DNA of 64,000 bases. It comes from Macrostomum lignano (Eukaryota). The stretch lies in assembly GCA_002269645.1 (NCBI GenBank), contig NIVC01001390.1:186001-250000 (forward strand). Reading direction: 5' to 3'. The translations under genes were made by a program, and so were the position numbers. This document shows, one piece after another, positions 12,752 to 24,268 of this stretch. The notes below the pieces were generated by a model that saw only the letters and a list, made by a program, of their open reading frames with translations, was not told where the DNA came from and ran no database searches. Positions within the stretch are counted from its first letter, which is position 1; every line of letters begins with the position of its first letter.

Positions 12752-12890
12752 ATGGTCTCAATACTCAAACCAGGGAAGGGAGGCTATCACTCTTCTAAAG
12801 CTTACCGCCACATCAGTCTGACGTCTTTCTTCCTCAAGCTGATGGAACGGCTGGTGCACTGGCGTCTCCTCCTCGTACACGCCTTTCGAC
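12752..12890 (+). mobile_element. LINE reverse-transcriptase fragment
   Basis: ILKPGKGGYHSSKAYRHISLTSFFLKLMERLV matches the N-terminal RT motif (IPK.GK...YRPISL.S...K..ER) of non-LTR elements; the frame decays afterwards. Confidence 0.75.
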
Positions 12891-12952
12891 CTGACGTTCA
12901 TGCACGTTTTACGAGCGTATGCAGTAATCAGCTCCCAAAAGATAGATAAGCA

Positions 12953-13837
12953 GGGTCTATGAAATTTGCTTGTGAGAAGTTTGCTTGCCGAAGTCTGCTT
13001 GCTGAACTTTTCTTGCGGAATTTTGCCTGCCGAAGTTTGCTAGCCGAGCTTTGCTTGCCGAACTTTGCTTGCCGAATTTTGCTTGCAGGAAATTTGCTTG
13101 CTGCACATAAGCTTGCCGAAGTTTGCTTGCAGGAACTTTGCTTGCCGAGATTTGCCAGCCACAGTTTTCTTGCGGAACCTTAAAGAACCTATTATTGAGC
13201 TCTTGTATTTTTAATTTTTGTTTTCTAAGATTCGTGGAAGTCGCCCATAGTGTTATGATTTTGTATGAGGATATGGCGGATTTGAAAAGCCCTAATGCAG
13301 AACATCGTAAGATAAGATCGTTCTTAGCTCCCATCTCCGTAGTGTAAAAGTTCCGACGTACGATCGAACTTACGCTACGACAGCTTTATATTGCGACCCC
13401 TAAATTCTTAGAATGAAACTCTATAAGCCTAGTTTGAAAGCTCAGTGTCAAGTCAGTTTACGTCGACGCTGATAAGAATCCACTAGCAAAGAATCTGTAG
13501 TAAGTAATAATTGACGGACCAACTTCACAAGCAATCAAAACAAGCAAGCAGACAAGAAAATATTCTAATTCGGCAAGTTAAAACTTGCAATTGTGATTGC
13601 GAATTTCTAGGAAGCAGGCATCAAATTTCCGCAAGCAAAGATCCTGCAAGCAAACTTCGGCAAGCAGAATTCCTGCAAGCAAATTTCCTGCAAGCAAACT
13701 TCGGCAAGCAAAGTTCGGCAAGCAAAATTCGGCAAGCAAAGTTCGGCAAGCAAAGTTCGGCTAGCAAAATTCCGCAAGCAAAGCTCGGCAAGCAAAGTTC
13801 GGCAAGCAAACTTCCCGCAAGCAAACGTCGTACTCCC
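12953..13837. mobile_element. Non-autonomous foldback-type DNA transposon (MULE- or Merlin-like), 885 bp
   Basis: Starts GGG and ends CCC; exact 8-bp TSD GATAAGCA at 12945-52 and 13838-45. The ~230-bp arms are oppositely oriented arrays of a ~14-15-bp unit (GAACTTTGCTTGCC / GGCAAGCAAAGTTC). Confidence 0.8.
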
Positions 13838-15615
13838 GATAAGCATGCAGGATGCCATCGTTTTGGCAGTAATTTCCGGAATTAGCCTCAGCTTTACAGA
13901 CTAAAAGTGCACGCAAGAGAGGTTCCGACTTGAAAGATGCATTTAGCATTCTACGAAGTAGAAGAGTTAACATCTTCCAATACTGGATTGCTCACACATC
14001 GTTACGACAGCAGCTGAACAAAAAAACTAACAACTTTGCGTAGGCATGCGGTAAACATCGTTGGTTGTGTGAGTTGCCATGCTTTAGTGAGCTGCTGCCA
14101 ATAATGAGTGGGAAATTGATGCAGCTGCAGTCAAGAAGAGTACCAAAGCAGCAGAGCGAACGAACAATCGCAGTCTCAAGCGGCTCTACCAGTAGATTAT
14201 TGTGGGTACTGCTGCTCAGAAAAGGGTGCAATTATTGGTGGAAAAAATTCGCACGGGGCCTGAGACCCAGCCATGTCACACCACTACCAACTCCTGAACA
14301 GTCTAACAGTCTAACTTCTGGGGAGCTTAACAAGCTGGTTCGAAAGGACACACCGGTTTTAAAGGTAACGAGCTCTCTGACTCCCTCGCTCCCTCCTAGA
14401 CGGGTAGCTCTAGCTCGCTTCTAGGAGGGAGGGAGATCCTTACAAAGGAGATCCTTAGAAGAAATTACATTGGATGAATCGGACGAGGAATGTAGAAATC
14501 ACGACTGATGACGACAATGAATGTGATGTTAGCAAACATGGTAAGCTCTTTAGTTGCTGCACTAAATATGCCACTCGTTACCATTACGTTGGGCTTTTTG
14601 CGAATGGCAAATTTAATTTTATTTGCAGAGCACTGATTCCTTTCTTTGGTTACGAAATTTGTATCATTGCATGACGCGAAATTGCAGTTTCAAGCCTCCA
14701 ACAGCTTGTGACCTAGCGATACTCACGCATTGCACGCACAACACATTTCCCTAGCAATTTGAGCACTTTCTCCAGCACTGTTTTTTCTTCAACAGCCGTG
14801 ACCCGCAAGTTTTAAGGTATATTTGTACTCGTAAAGCTTCCGATAATTGATTTTTATCATAAACAACATTTTAATTAATGAAATCGATATACTACCTTAG
14901 TGTGTCTAAAAAGTTCATGGTAACCCCGAATATCTCTGCATCTGATCAATCGATTTTTTTTAAATTGCACACGCGTGAGCCAATATGTAATGAATTTAAT
15001 GCTAAAGTTTCAGCCTAATTGGGTTGACAGAACAAAAGCAATCGATTATTTACTGATGCAGAGATATGTGCCGTCTGCACCGCCTGCTGTGGAGAACCCA
15101 GAACCACCCCTGCCAGCTCTGCCGAACGCGGAGGATGATGGCCAGGAGGAGGACCTCCAACCGCATGATGTGCTGCCTCCACCGCCTGTTGCGCCGCCTG
15201 CACGTCGGCGGAACTTAACGAACAAACAAAGGAAGAGGGCACAGACGGAACCAGCGAGTTTGGCGCTAGCAGCAAAGCGACGGAGGGAAGACTTGAGGGA
15301 CTGAACGCGACTGAAAAGCCCCAAAAATACCCTATTTTTTATTTTGAACTTTATGTTTTATTCATATTTTATGTTTTAGCTTCACGAAACATACATGCAT
15401 TGCGCCCCCAAAAACTTAAGTTTGCGCTCCATAAAACAGATTGGTCACTGTTTTATTATATTCTATTTCAATGTTTTACATTACATTCCGCCAAGAGAAG
15501 GGGTCCAGACCAGTATAATCTAAGCCTTTTGGCTTAGGTAGGCTTTATTTTCCTGTTTTTTTCTCTCTCTTTCCTCTTTAAAGAAATCTAGGAACTGGTC
15601 TGAGCGCTGGTTACC

Positions 15616-16077
15616 GGCAAAGACCCAGATGTTGCTGGCAAAGACCCAGATGTTGCTGGCAAAAACCCAGATGTTGCTGACAAAGACCCAGATGTTGCTG
15701 GCAAAGACCCAGATGTTGCTGACAAAGACCCAGATGTTGCTGGCAAAGACCCAGATGTTGCTGGCAAAGACCCAGATGTTGCTGGCAAAAACCCAGATGT
15801 TGCTGGCAAAGACCCAGATGTTGCTGGCAAAGACCCAGATGTTGCTGGCAAAGACCCAGATGTTGCTGGCAAAGACCCAGATGTTGCTGGCAAAGACCCA
15901 GATGTTGCTGGCAAAGACCCAGATGTTGCTGGCAAAGACCCAGATGTTGCTGGCAAAGACCCAGATGTTGCTGGCAAAGACCCAGATGTTGCTGGCAAAG
16001 ACCCAGATGTTGCTGGCAAAGACCCAGATGTTGCTGGCAAAGACCCAGATGTTGCTGGCAAAGACCCAGATGTTGCC
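15616..16077. repeat. 21-bp minisatellite, ~22 copies
   Basis: Unit GGCAAAGACCCAGATGTTGCT. Confidence 0.95.
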
Positions 16078-16229
16078 TTTCATACATTTGCAGCGCTCTT
16101 GCACGTCATGACAGACGATTATATTCAGAATTGTGATACATAGAGAATTATGGATGGTCGCCTGTACTTTTAAGATGCACATTTGCGCTAATAATTAATC
16201 GCATGACCAGGACTCACCTAGGCACTTGA

Positions 16230-16474
16230 GCGTACAGGGTCGAATCAGTTGGATAGTAGAATTGAGAGTCCAGTGGACTCTACACATGCTGTACGCTGCA
16301 CGACTATCCAACTGGTTCGACCCTGTACGCGTAGGATCAATTCGAATATCCAACTGGTTCGACCCTGTACGCCTAGGATTAATTCGACTATCCACTATCC
16401 AACTGGTTCGACCCTGTACGCCTAGGATTAATTCGACTATCCACTATCCAACTGGTTCGACCCTGTACGCCTAG
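16230..16474. repeat. 28-bp motif present once inverted and four times direct
   Basis: 16230-57 is the reverse complement (1 mismatch) of ACTATCCAACTGGTTCGACCCTGTACGC at 16303-30, which recurs three more times downstream. Confidence 0.85.
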
Positions 16475-16503
16475 CTACGAGTATACGCTGACTCTAAGCT
16501 GCT

Positions 16504-16685
16504 AGTTACAAAATTGGAGTGAGTGCAATTTCTGTCTGGGCCAAAGTCGTGGTAACCACCCACGACTACGACTCGAATCGATGCGTTGGGGCAGTGCGCG
16601 TTCAATAAAATACTCCGTAGCATACATTGAATGACCATGAGCAAGGATTTTCAAGTCAAAGTGGCAGTCACTTACCGAGCAGGGA
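16504..16685 (-). pseudogene. Remnant of a fifth PAN-GRD paralog (paralog-3-like) lacking the PAN exon
   Basis: 16504-16582 aligns by eye with 11522-11608 (intron 2). 16583-16685 aligns with 11966-12069 (intron 1, GTAAGT donor and end of exon 1). The intervening ~358 nt, including all of exon 2, are absent. Confidence 0.7.
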
Positions 16686-17410
16686 AAGGGGGGGGGGACG
16701 CCAAGCCTGTTGGAAAGAGAGGGGGCAGCCTGCCGGGAAGGGGGGGCGCCAAGCCTGCTGGAAAGGGGGGCGCCAAGCCTACTGGAAAGAGAGGGGGCGC
16801 CAAGCCTACTGGAAAGGGGGGCGCCAAGGCCTACTGGAAAGAGAGGGGGGCGCCAAGCCTACTGGAAATGGGGGCGCCAAGGCCTACTGGAAAGGGGGGC
16901 ACCAAGGCCTACTGGAAAGAGAGGGGGGCGCCAAGCCTACTGGAAATGGGGGCGCCAAGGCCTACTGGAAAGGGGGGCGCCAAGCCTGCTGGGAAGGGGG
17001 GCAACAAGCCTACTGGAAAGAGAGGGGGCGCCAAGCCTGCTGGGAAGGGGGGCGCCAAGCCTACTGGAAAGAGAGGGGGCGCCAAGCCTGCTGGAAAGGG
17101 GGGCGCCAAGCCTGCTGGGAAGGGGGGCGCCAAGCCTACTGGAAAGAGAGGGGGGCACCAAGCCTGCTGGAAAGGGGGGCGCCAAGGCCTACTGGAAAGA
17201 GAGGGGGCGCCAAGCCTGCTGGGAAGGGGGGCGCCAAGCCTACTGGAAAGAGAGGGGGGCGCCAAGCCTGCTGGGAAGGGGGGCGCCAAGGCCTACTGGA
17301 AAGAGAGGGGGCACCAAGCCTGCTGGAAAGGGGGGCGCCAAGCCTACTGGAAAGAGAGGGGGCGCCAAGCCTGCTGGAAAGGGGGGCGCCAAGGCCTACT
17401 GGAAAGAGAG
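16686..17410. repeat. G-rich 24-28-bp minisatellite
   Basis: Units GGAAA(GAGA)GGGGGCGCCAAG(G)CCT(A/G)CT. Confidence 0.95.
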
Positions 17411-18255
17411 GGGGCGTCAAGCCTGCTGGAAAGAGCCGCAGTCTCCGGAGCAGTGCTGTGGAACAGGCTCGGAAAATCCAATTGTCCAAGATAGAGCTTC
17501 ACCGCTCAGTTTGGCAGGTGCCGGAATTCGTTACCCCGTATTCAGAGAAAATCTACCGAATAACCTACTTGCGCAACTCTTCACTGCAGCTGTCCCATCC
17601 AATGCGGCTGTGTGGACGAGCTTCAACAAGGACTTTTTCGATCTGTGCGCCTACTATGGCGGCACTCCCACTGTCGATGGCGACCCGATCAACATCACCT
17701 GCGTGCAGGCGGTCGCTGGCAGGTACTTCGTCATCTACAAGAACGTCTCTGGACTCTCGGATACATCGTTTCACCTGTGCGAGATCGACATTCTAGCTGG
17801 TGAGTTCCAAGATAACTGACGAGTTCAGCGAGTCTAATTGGAATCTCCTATCGATAAAATAACACAAGTCAGCGCTACCCGACGCACCCAAACACACAGC
17901 GCGAACATCACAGAGCGCACTTTTGCCTGTTCGAGAAGCCACGGAATTCAATGCCACCGATTTTCTTTCAGTCGTGCCCAAAGGCGCCCACGTCGCTTTC
18001 CGCATGCAGGAGATGCAGCCCAGCTTCGTTTCACCACTGGCCACTCGACCGTACAGCTCTGCTGTGATGGCCTGGATCGATAAGTGCGGTCAGCAGTGCC
18101 GCGACAACTCGCTGTGTCGTTACTTTCTGTTCTCTACTAAAAGCGGCAACTGCTCGATGTTCCAGTACTTCAGCTTCCCACGCGACTTCATCGGAATTTG
18201 GAGCGGAGAGGAAAACGCCTTCCTTCTGGTTTGTATTTTCGATCTGAGAGTGTGA
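17410..18255 (+). CDS. F-type lectin (FTP/discoidin)-like + PAN domain protein, 5' end missing or obscured
   Basis: Exon ending 17799 (G|GTGAGT) encodes LCAYYGG..NITC..AGRYFVIY..FHLCEIDI, like an FTP C-terminal half. Exon 17939-18255 joins in phase 1 and encodes PAN-like CGQQCRDNSLCRYFLFSTKSGNCSMF. Upstream the frame runs into a G-rich minisatellite with no recognisable start or signal peptide. Confidence 0.55.
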
Positions 18256-19324
18256 GAAGAAGACTTTGTTCTGAGAAATACAGTAGATAATTTTGGTAAC
18301 TGGTTATATTCGTTCTAAATTTAAACAAAAAAATTAGCATTCATCGAAAAGACAACTTTTTTCTTTTTTAAACTTCTTACAGCTTTAACAAGACTTTTTG
18401 CCTCGCCAATTTTAATTTTTTAGGTTTCATTAAAAACCACTCTGTCCAATTTTTTTCTGGTTTAATCTGGATTTCCAGCTGCAGTCCTGTTTCTGCAGTA
18501 CGTGAAATTCACAATTCATAATGTACATACATGTAGCAAAGTGTCTACCGGATATTTATTGAAAATTTTTAAACAGTGTCTGGCTTGACTTACTCTTGTG
18601 CCTGTTTTATGTTTAATCAAGTGCCCTTATGTTACATTGATGATATTCGGAGTCGGTATATTACGGACATGTACTCAATAATACCAAATGTTTTAATGGT
18701 TTTATGCTGTTGTGTCAGTATCTACTTAACATTCTTTCGGCCTGCTTGTTCGCTGTTGGTACTGTATAATGAAATATTACTACTTCTAAAACCTGCGCGA
18801 CAGCTTGAGTTCCTGTAGATCGTTTAGTTAGTTGTGAAAGTCTCTGCAGATTAATTATTGGTATATAATTCTTCTACTTAACTCTTATATATCTGCACGT
18901 ACTGGATGGTCTTTTAAACAGATTAAATATTTCACTATTTTGTTTTAATTAATATTCAAGTTTCTACGACTGTAAAAACGTTTTGAATTTCTCTCTCCAA
19001 GCTGTTATCTGGTTTGTCGCTGTTGCTCTTGGCTCCGTGCTGGCTCTAATTTACCAATAGCTAAATATATATATTGAATATGGTGCGCAGTTTTTCGACA
19101 GTACTTTCGACAGCTCCCAGTAATTCAACCGAGTTCACTACCACTTAATATCATAGAAAGGAACTATTGAGTTCTTTTATGTTTTACATGACGCTTCCTG
19201 GCTGAGGAAGTTGATGTTGCACTATCTTGCTTGGGGGTGGGGGTGCTTTCTAATAGGGGGATGCTTGCTATCGAGGGATGCTAGTAGCTATCTGGGGTTG
19301 CTTGCTATTTATGAGGATTGCTTT

Positions 19325-20050
19325 CTCGGGGGAAATTGCTGAGATGTCAAGGCTAACGAGGGAATTGCTGAAATGTAAAGACTTGGAGTGGAATTGCTGA
19401 GATGTAAAGTCTTGGGGGAATTGCTGAGATGTAAAGACTTGGAGTGGAATTGCTGAGATGTAAAGTCTTGGGGGGAATTGCTGAGATGTAAAATCTTGGG
19501 GGGAATTGCTGAGATGTAAAGTCTTGGGGGGGATTGCTGAGATGTAAAATCTTGGGGGGAATTGCTGAGATGTAAAGTCTTGGGGGAATTGATGAGATGT
19601 AAAATCTTGGGGGGAATTGCTGAGATGTAAAGACTTGGAGTGGAATTGCTGAAGTGTAAAGACTTGGAGTGGAATTGCTGAGATGTAAAGTCTTGGGGGA
19701 ATTGCTGAGATGTAAAGACTTGGAGTGGAATTGCTGAGATGTAAAGTCTTGGGGGGAATTGCTGAGATGTAAAATCTTGGGGGGAATTGCTGAGATGTAA
19801 AGTCTTGGGGGGGATTGCTGAGATGTAAAATCTTGGGGGGAATTGCTGAGATGTAAAGTCTTGGGGGAATTGATGAGATGTAAAATCTTGGGGGGAATTG
19901 CTGAGATGTAAAGACTTGGAGTGGAATTGCTGAAGTGTAAAGACTTGGAGTGGAATTGCTGAGATGTAAAGTCTTGGGGGGGGAATTACTGAGATGTAAA
20001 GTCTTGGGGGGAATTGCTGAGATTTCAAGGCTTAGGGGGGAATTGCTAAG
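19325..20050. repeat. 27-29-bp minisatellite
   Basis: Unit (G5-7 or GGAGTGG)AATTGCTGAGATGTAAAGTCTT. Confidence 0.95.
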
Positions 20051-20419
20051 ATATACAATGTAAAGGCTGAGGTTAGAAGCTACATGCAGTTCATTTAAAA
20101 ATTTTATATTATCACATCTTTTGTTATTGCTTCCCAACGGGGGGCGTATAGACGTACATGTAGATTGCTATAGTCTTTTGCTAAACTTAAAATTCATAAT
20201 CAGTTACCAATACCAATCGACAGTGTTTTCTGGAAAATATAACAAAAATAACTGCAATTCACAGAGAAAAAGCAATTAGCTAAAAAATGCATTCAATTTT
20301 GACTGATTGAACACGCGATGAGTGGATAATGTAGTCTATTGTTGCTGTCAATCGATTTAGAACCGAGAAATTTGCTTTTCCAATTAGCAAAAATGGTGAG
20401 TCGAAGTGCGTCAATTAGG

Positions 20420-20607
20420 CCAAGGAGTTCTATAATTAGCAACCTGGAAACGATTTTTTTTCAGTTTTACCTCATGAGGCCAGACTAGCATAGACAGAGT
20501 CAGACAGAGCCATGGACATTCAGTGCTGGCTCCTTATCTTAACAATTTGCGTGGCCTCATGAGGTAAACTCGTTTCCACTCCAGATTGCAATTGTAGAAC
20601 TCCTTGG
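20420..20607. mobile_element. Palindromic MITE-like element
   Basis: Terminal CCAAGGAGTTCT / AGAACTCCTTGG and inner TTACCTCATGAGGCCA (20467-82) / TGGCCTCATGAGGTAA (20552-67); ~60-bp imperfect arms; TSD not clear. Confidence 0.6.
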
Positions 20608-20915
20608 GTAACAATATACAATTGTTTCAGATGTGACGTGAATGCGACGAACCATAAAATGTGGCGATGCTAAATTTTTCCTTTTCTTTGGAAAGCAAGC
20701 TCGAGACCAAGTTTTATTTCAGAATTCTCAAATTGCATACGCCTTAACTACTAACCAGCTACTATGAGCGTATTACTATTGGTACAAAAGATACATCTTT
20801 ACACTATCGATTGCTTAGTTGTGATTGTAGTATGTCGATCCTACATTTAGCCGCACTGGCTTAAATAGGCAACAGGTCTTTATTAAAGGCAAAACTGCAT
20901 TTCCAAATTTCCAAA

Positions 20916-21165
20916 TCTGTCCCTATCTGCCTATCTGTCCCTATCTGCCTATCTGTCCCTATCTGCCTATCTGTCCCTATCTGCCTATCTGTCCCTATCT
21001 GCCTATCGATCTGTCCCTATCTGCCTATCTGTCCCTATCTGCCTATCTGTCCCTATCTGCCTATCTGTCCCTATCTGCCTATCTGTCCCTATCTATCCAT
21101 ATCTATCCCTATCTATCTATCCCTATCTATCTATCCCTATCTATCCCTATCTATCCCCTTTCTGT
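20916..21165. repeat. 18-bp repeat grading into (CTAT)n
   Basis: TCTGTCCCTATCTGCCTA tandem copies. Confidence 0.9.
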
Positions 21166-24100
21166 CTATCAGGAGAGCAGGATTGCTCGGCATGCATGAA
21201 TGCATCATAACATATTCACAGCAGCAGTGGGAACAAGGAACCAATAAAAACTTACGTATAGTGAGATTTTTAGTTTGCAATGCTCATGTAAAACGAAGCA
21301 ACGGAACAAAATATAGTTTTAGCAATTATCGCGCTACCGTGCTAATGCGCAAAAAAATCAATTAGAGCAGAAAGCAGTAGTCGCTTTTAGACAGAAGCTT
21401 ATAATGTTAGGCAGAAGCTAACCCTGTTAGACAGGAGCTATTCCTGTTAGACAGGAGCTAAATCTTGACTGCAAAAAATACGAACTACACCTGATTTATC
21501 AAACTGCCTCATGCAAATACGTACATCGGCAAAAATTTTGTCATCTCCAGCTGGCTCATAAATGCAACAGAAACAAATCGCATCACTTGTATATGTCAGT
21601 AGATCAATTATGACGTACACCGTAATCCTATGTCAACTATAACAGCCAGTCTCTAGCCATGAGCCAGACTCTACCGACGAAGACAAAGTGCTCTCGAGAA
21701 GCTTAATTCTTCTGTTCGGAAACACTCGGCTGGATTGCTCTAAGTTCGAAGTAAAGTGCACCGTGTACATTATTATAAGTTTCTGCTAGTAACTGCGTGA
21801 TTCTGCAATAACATGCACTTAAATGCATTATATTCTTTATAAAATACTTGTTACCGCACAGAGACTTTTCATACTGTTGATTCTGATTCCAGCCATTTTG
21901 CGAAGTATAACTTAGCTTCATGTATCTTCGTTAAGGATGATTCACGGCGCGCAATTTTGTGTTATAACAAATTTAAAAAATAAAGTTTAATAAAACATTG
22001 TTTTCTAGCAAAAAAGTTAGGTTTTTGTAGCAGAGTGTGTTTTAGCATTTCTGTATCAGACTTATTTTAGTATAAACAGAGTGTCATTAAATCTGTTTTT
22101 TCAAAAAAGTTACTCGTCAATTATTTTACCGTCCGTTTTCTTTAAGCATCTTTAGTTGACTGTTACGTGTTTGGGCTAGACCACGACCAGGCGCTAAGTA
22201 CTTATTACGGTTTACTCTTAATTTTAAAATATAAACATTCATAAAAATAAAATAAACATTTTGAATCATAATACAATCCTTATATACTTAGTCATACTGA
22301 GATGTATAAATGTGTACAAGTTTTTAGCTTTTTTGCCTTTTTATAGTTGTACTTGTAGTTGAAAGAATTGTAACAGTGCAAAAATCTGCGCAAATAAACC
22401 TTTTAAACTTGCGCAAGTGTGCAACAAATGCATGCACAACACAAGTATATATGTTTTATGCGCACTGAATGTGTCTAGGACTCTGTAGGCCTATAAAAGT
22501 TCTATCTTGGGCACTACCCACTAAGGGCAGCCCCGGGTTAGTATGCATCAGCATAGTGATTATGTTATGTACCAAGTGCACTAAGAACCCTTTGTATATG
22601 CCATAGTCCAGAAGGTGGCCTTTATGCCAGAAAATTCTTGCATATTTCTGCTCTTCACTGAGAATATTTGTGTACATATGTCAAATTTTAGGTCTAATAT
22701 TGGCATACCAATAAATAGCCAAGCCAAGTTTTGATTGGGAATATATTATAAGGGGGACTAGTATAGGCCTAGCCAAATTTTTATCATTAAATAATAACAA
22801 AGAATAATAAAAAAAATTTTAAGGTATGTTTTATAGTTACAGTTTAGGAGAACTCTTGTTTTTTTAAAGAATATATTGCAAAAAGTTATTAATAGGGCCA
22901 GCAATCTCCTAGTTTACTGTGTTAAATTATTTTGGGTAGAAAATGAAAATTTATATATTTCAACAGTTGACAATAGTTAGAGGGCAGTCCAAAGTGTCAA
23001 TAACAATGCATAACCCAATATAGGAAGTTTCCAAACTCTTTCTTTGAGAAGAGGCGGCGCCATAGGTACTCATTGAGATGGATCTCAAATAGGGTATCGC
23101 TAGCGCCATGCATTGCCCTGAATTTGGCCTTGACATATGCCTATTACCCCTCAATAGTAACCACTTTCTGTGTCCTATAGGTAGGACATGCATGACTAGG
23201 CATAGCCATTGATAAACTGGAGTCTTTCTCACCACTGTAGTTGCATGGCCAGAGCATCTGGGCATTGTTCACAAGCCCAGGAGTTAAGGCAGGAGTTAAA
23301 GCAACACTAGCTCATGCAATATTAAATCAATGTCCCAAAGCTTGGCTGTAGGCCTCAAATTGGCCTCAGGTACAATTGTAGATGGTGCTTTAGGCCTTCC
23401 AGCTATATGGGCAGTTAGCAGGTAGGCTGAAAAGTTTTGAAAGTGGGCAAATAATTTAATGCAATAAACTAGGAGATTGCCATAGAGCCTATTATATAAA
23501 AAACTTAAGTCTAGTATTTAAAGGCAAGAATTTAATTGAAAAAATTAAAAACAATTTAAACATTTTCTGTGGTAGAGTTGCTTGCTTAATTGATAGCAAA
23601 TTAATAAAGCTTAAAATCTTTAAAGTCATGGAATGGTTATGGCAATAAAGAAATATTCATATGAGCATTTTATAGCTTAAGAAAGCTTCAAAAAGAGCTT
23701 TGTAGCCTATGACAAAGACTTAGATAGGTCCTATAACTAAGCACAAAGTTGCAAGTGCTTTTAAATGTAGAAGTAAAGCAAATAATTGCAAATATATACT
23801 GCTGAAATATTTGTGTATCCTGGATAATTGTTGTCTGAAAATTTATTCCTATTGAATGTTTCTATATAGTACTAAAAAGTTCTTTAGGAATATTTTAGAG
23901 TTCCATTGTTGTAGCTATCTTGCTATTTTTTGCATCAGAAAAAACAAGTTTCTTTAAGTATATCCTTAAGCTTTGCTAATAGAAAAAAAGCAGGGAACTA
24001 GGTTAGTCAAACTGTTTCAATTATTAATAATAATATATAGTGCTCAAAGACATATACAATAAATTTATGTTTCTATTAGGCAATATCTTGTATATAATAA

Positions 24101-24268
24101 TAAACTAATATTAACAGAATTGAAACAGATGCTATAGTAGCAAAAGCACCTGAGGTGGCACTGCAAGGCTGTCTTCCACATAGAAATCTGCAGTTACCAT
24201 GTAAAGCTTCATCACTGTCATTCTAAAGTATTTATATTTTTTAAATTAATTTTTACTCCAGAGCACAC

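Noticed and set aside
15520-16182. Long periodic ORFs (ASNIWVF, MLLAKTQ, LCQQHLG)
   Set aside because: They are translations of a 21-bp minisatellite open in several frames on both strands.
15616-16474. CRISPR-like appearance of regular repeats
   Set aside because: There are no unique spacers and no cas genes, and the context is eukaryotic.
16627-17494. 287-389 aa ORFs with GGAKP/ERGAP repeats
   Set aside because: They derive from the G-rich minisatellite; only the 3' non-repetitive part looks coding.
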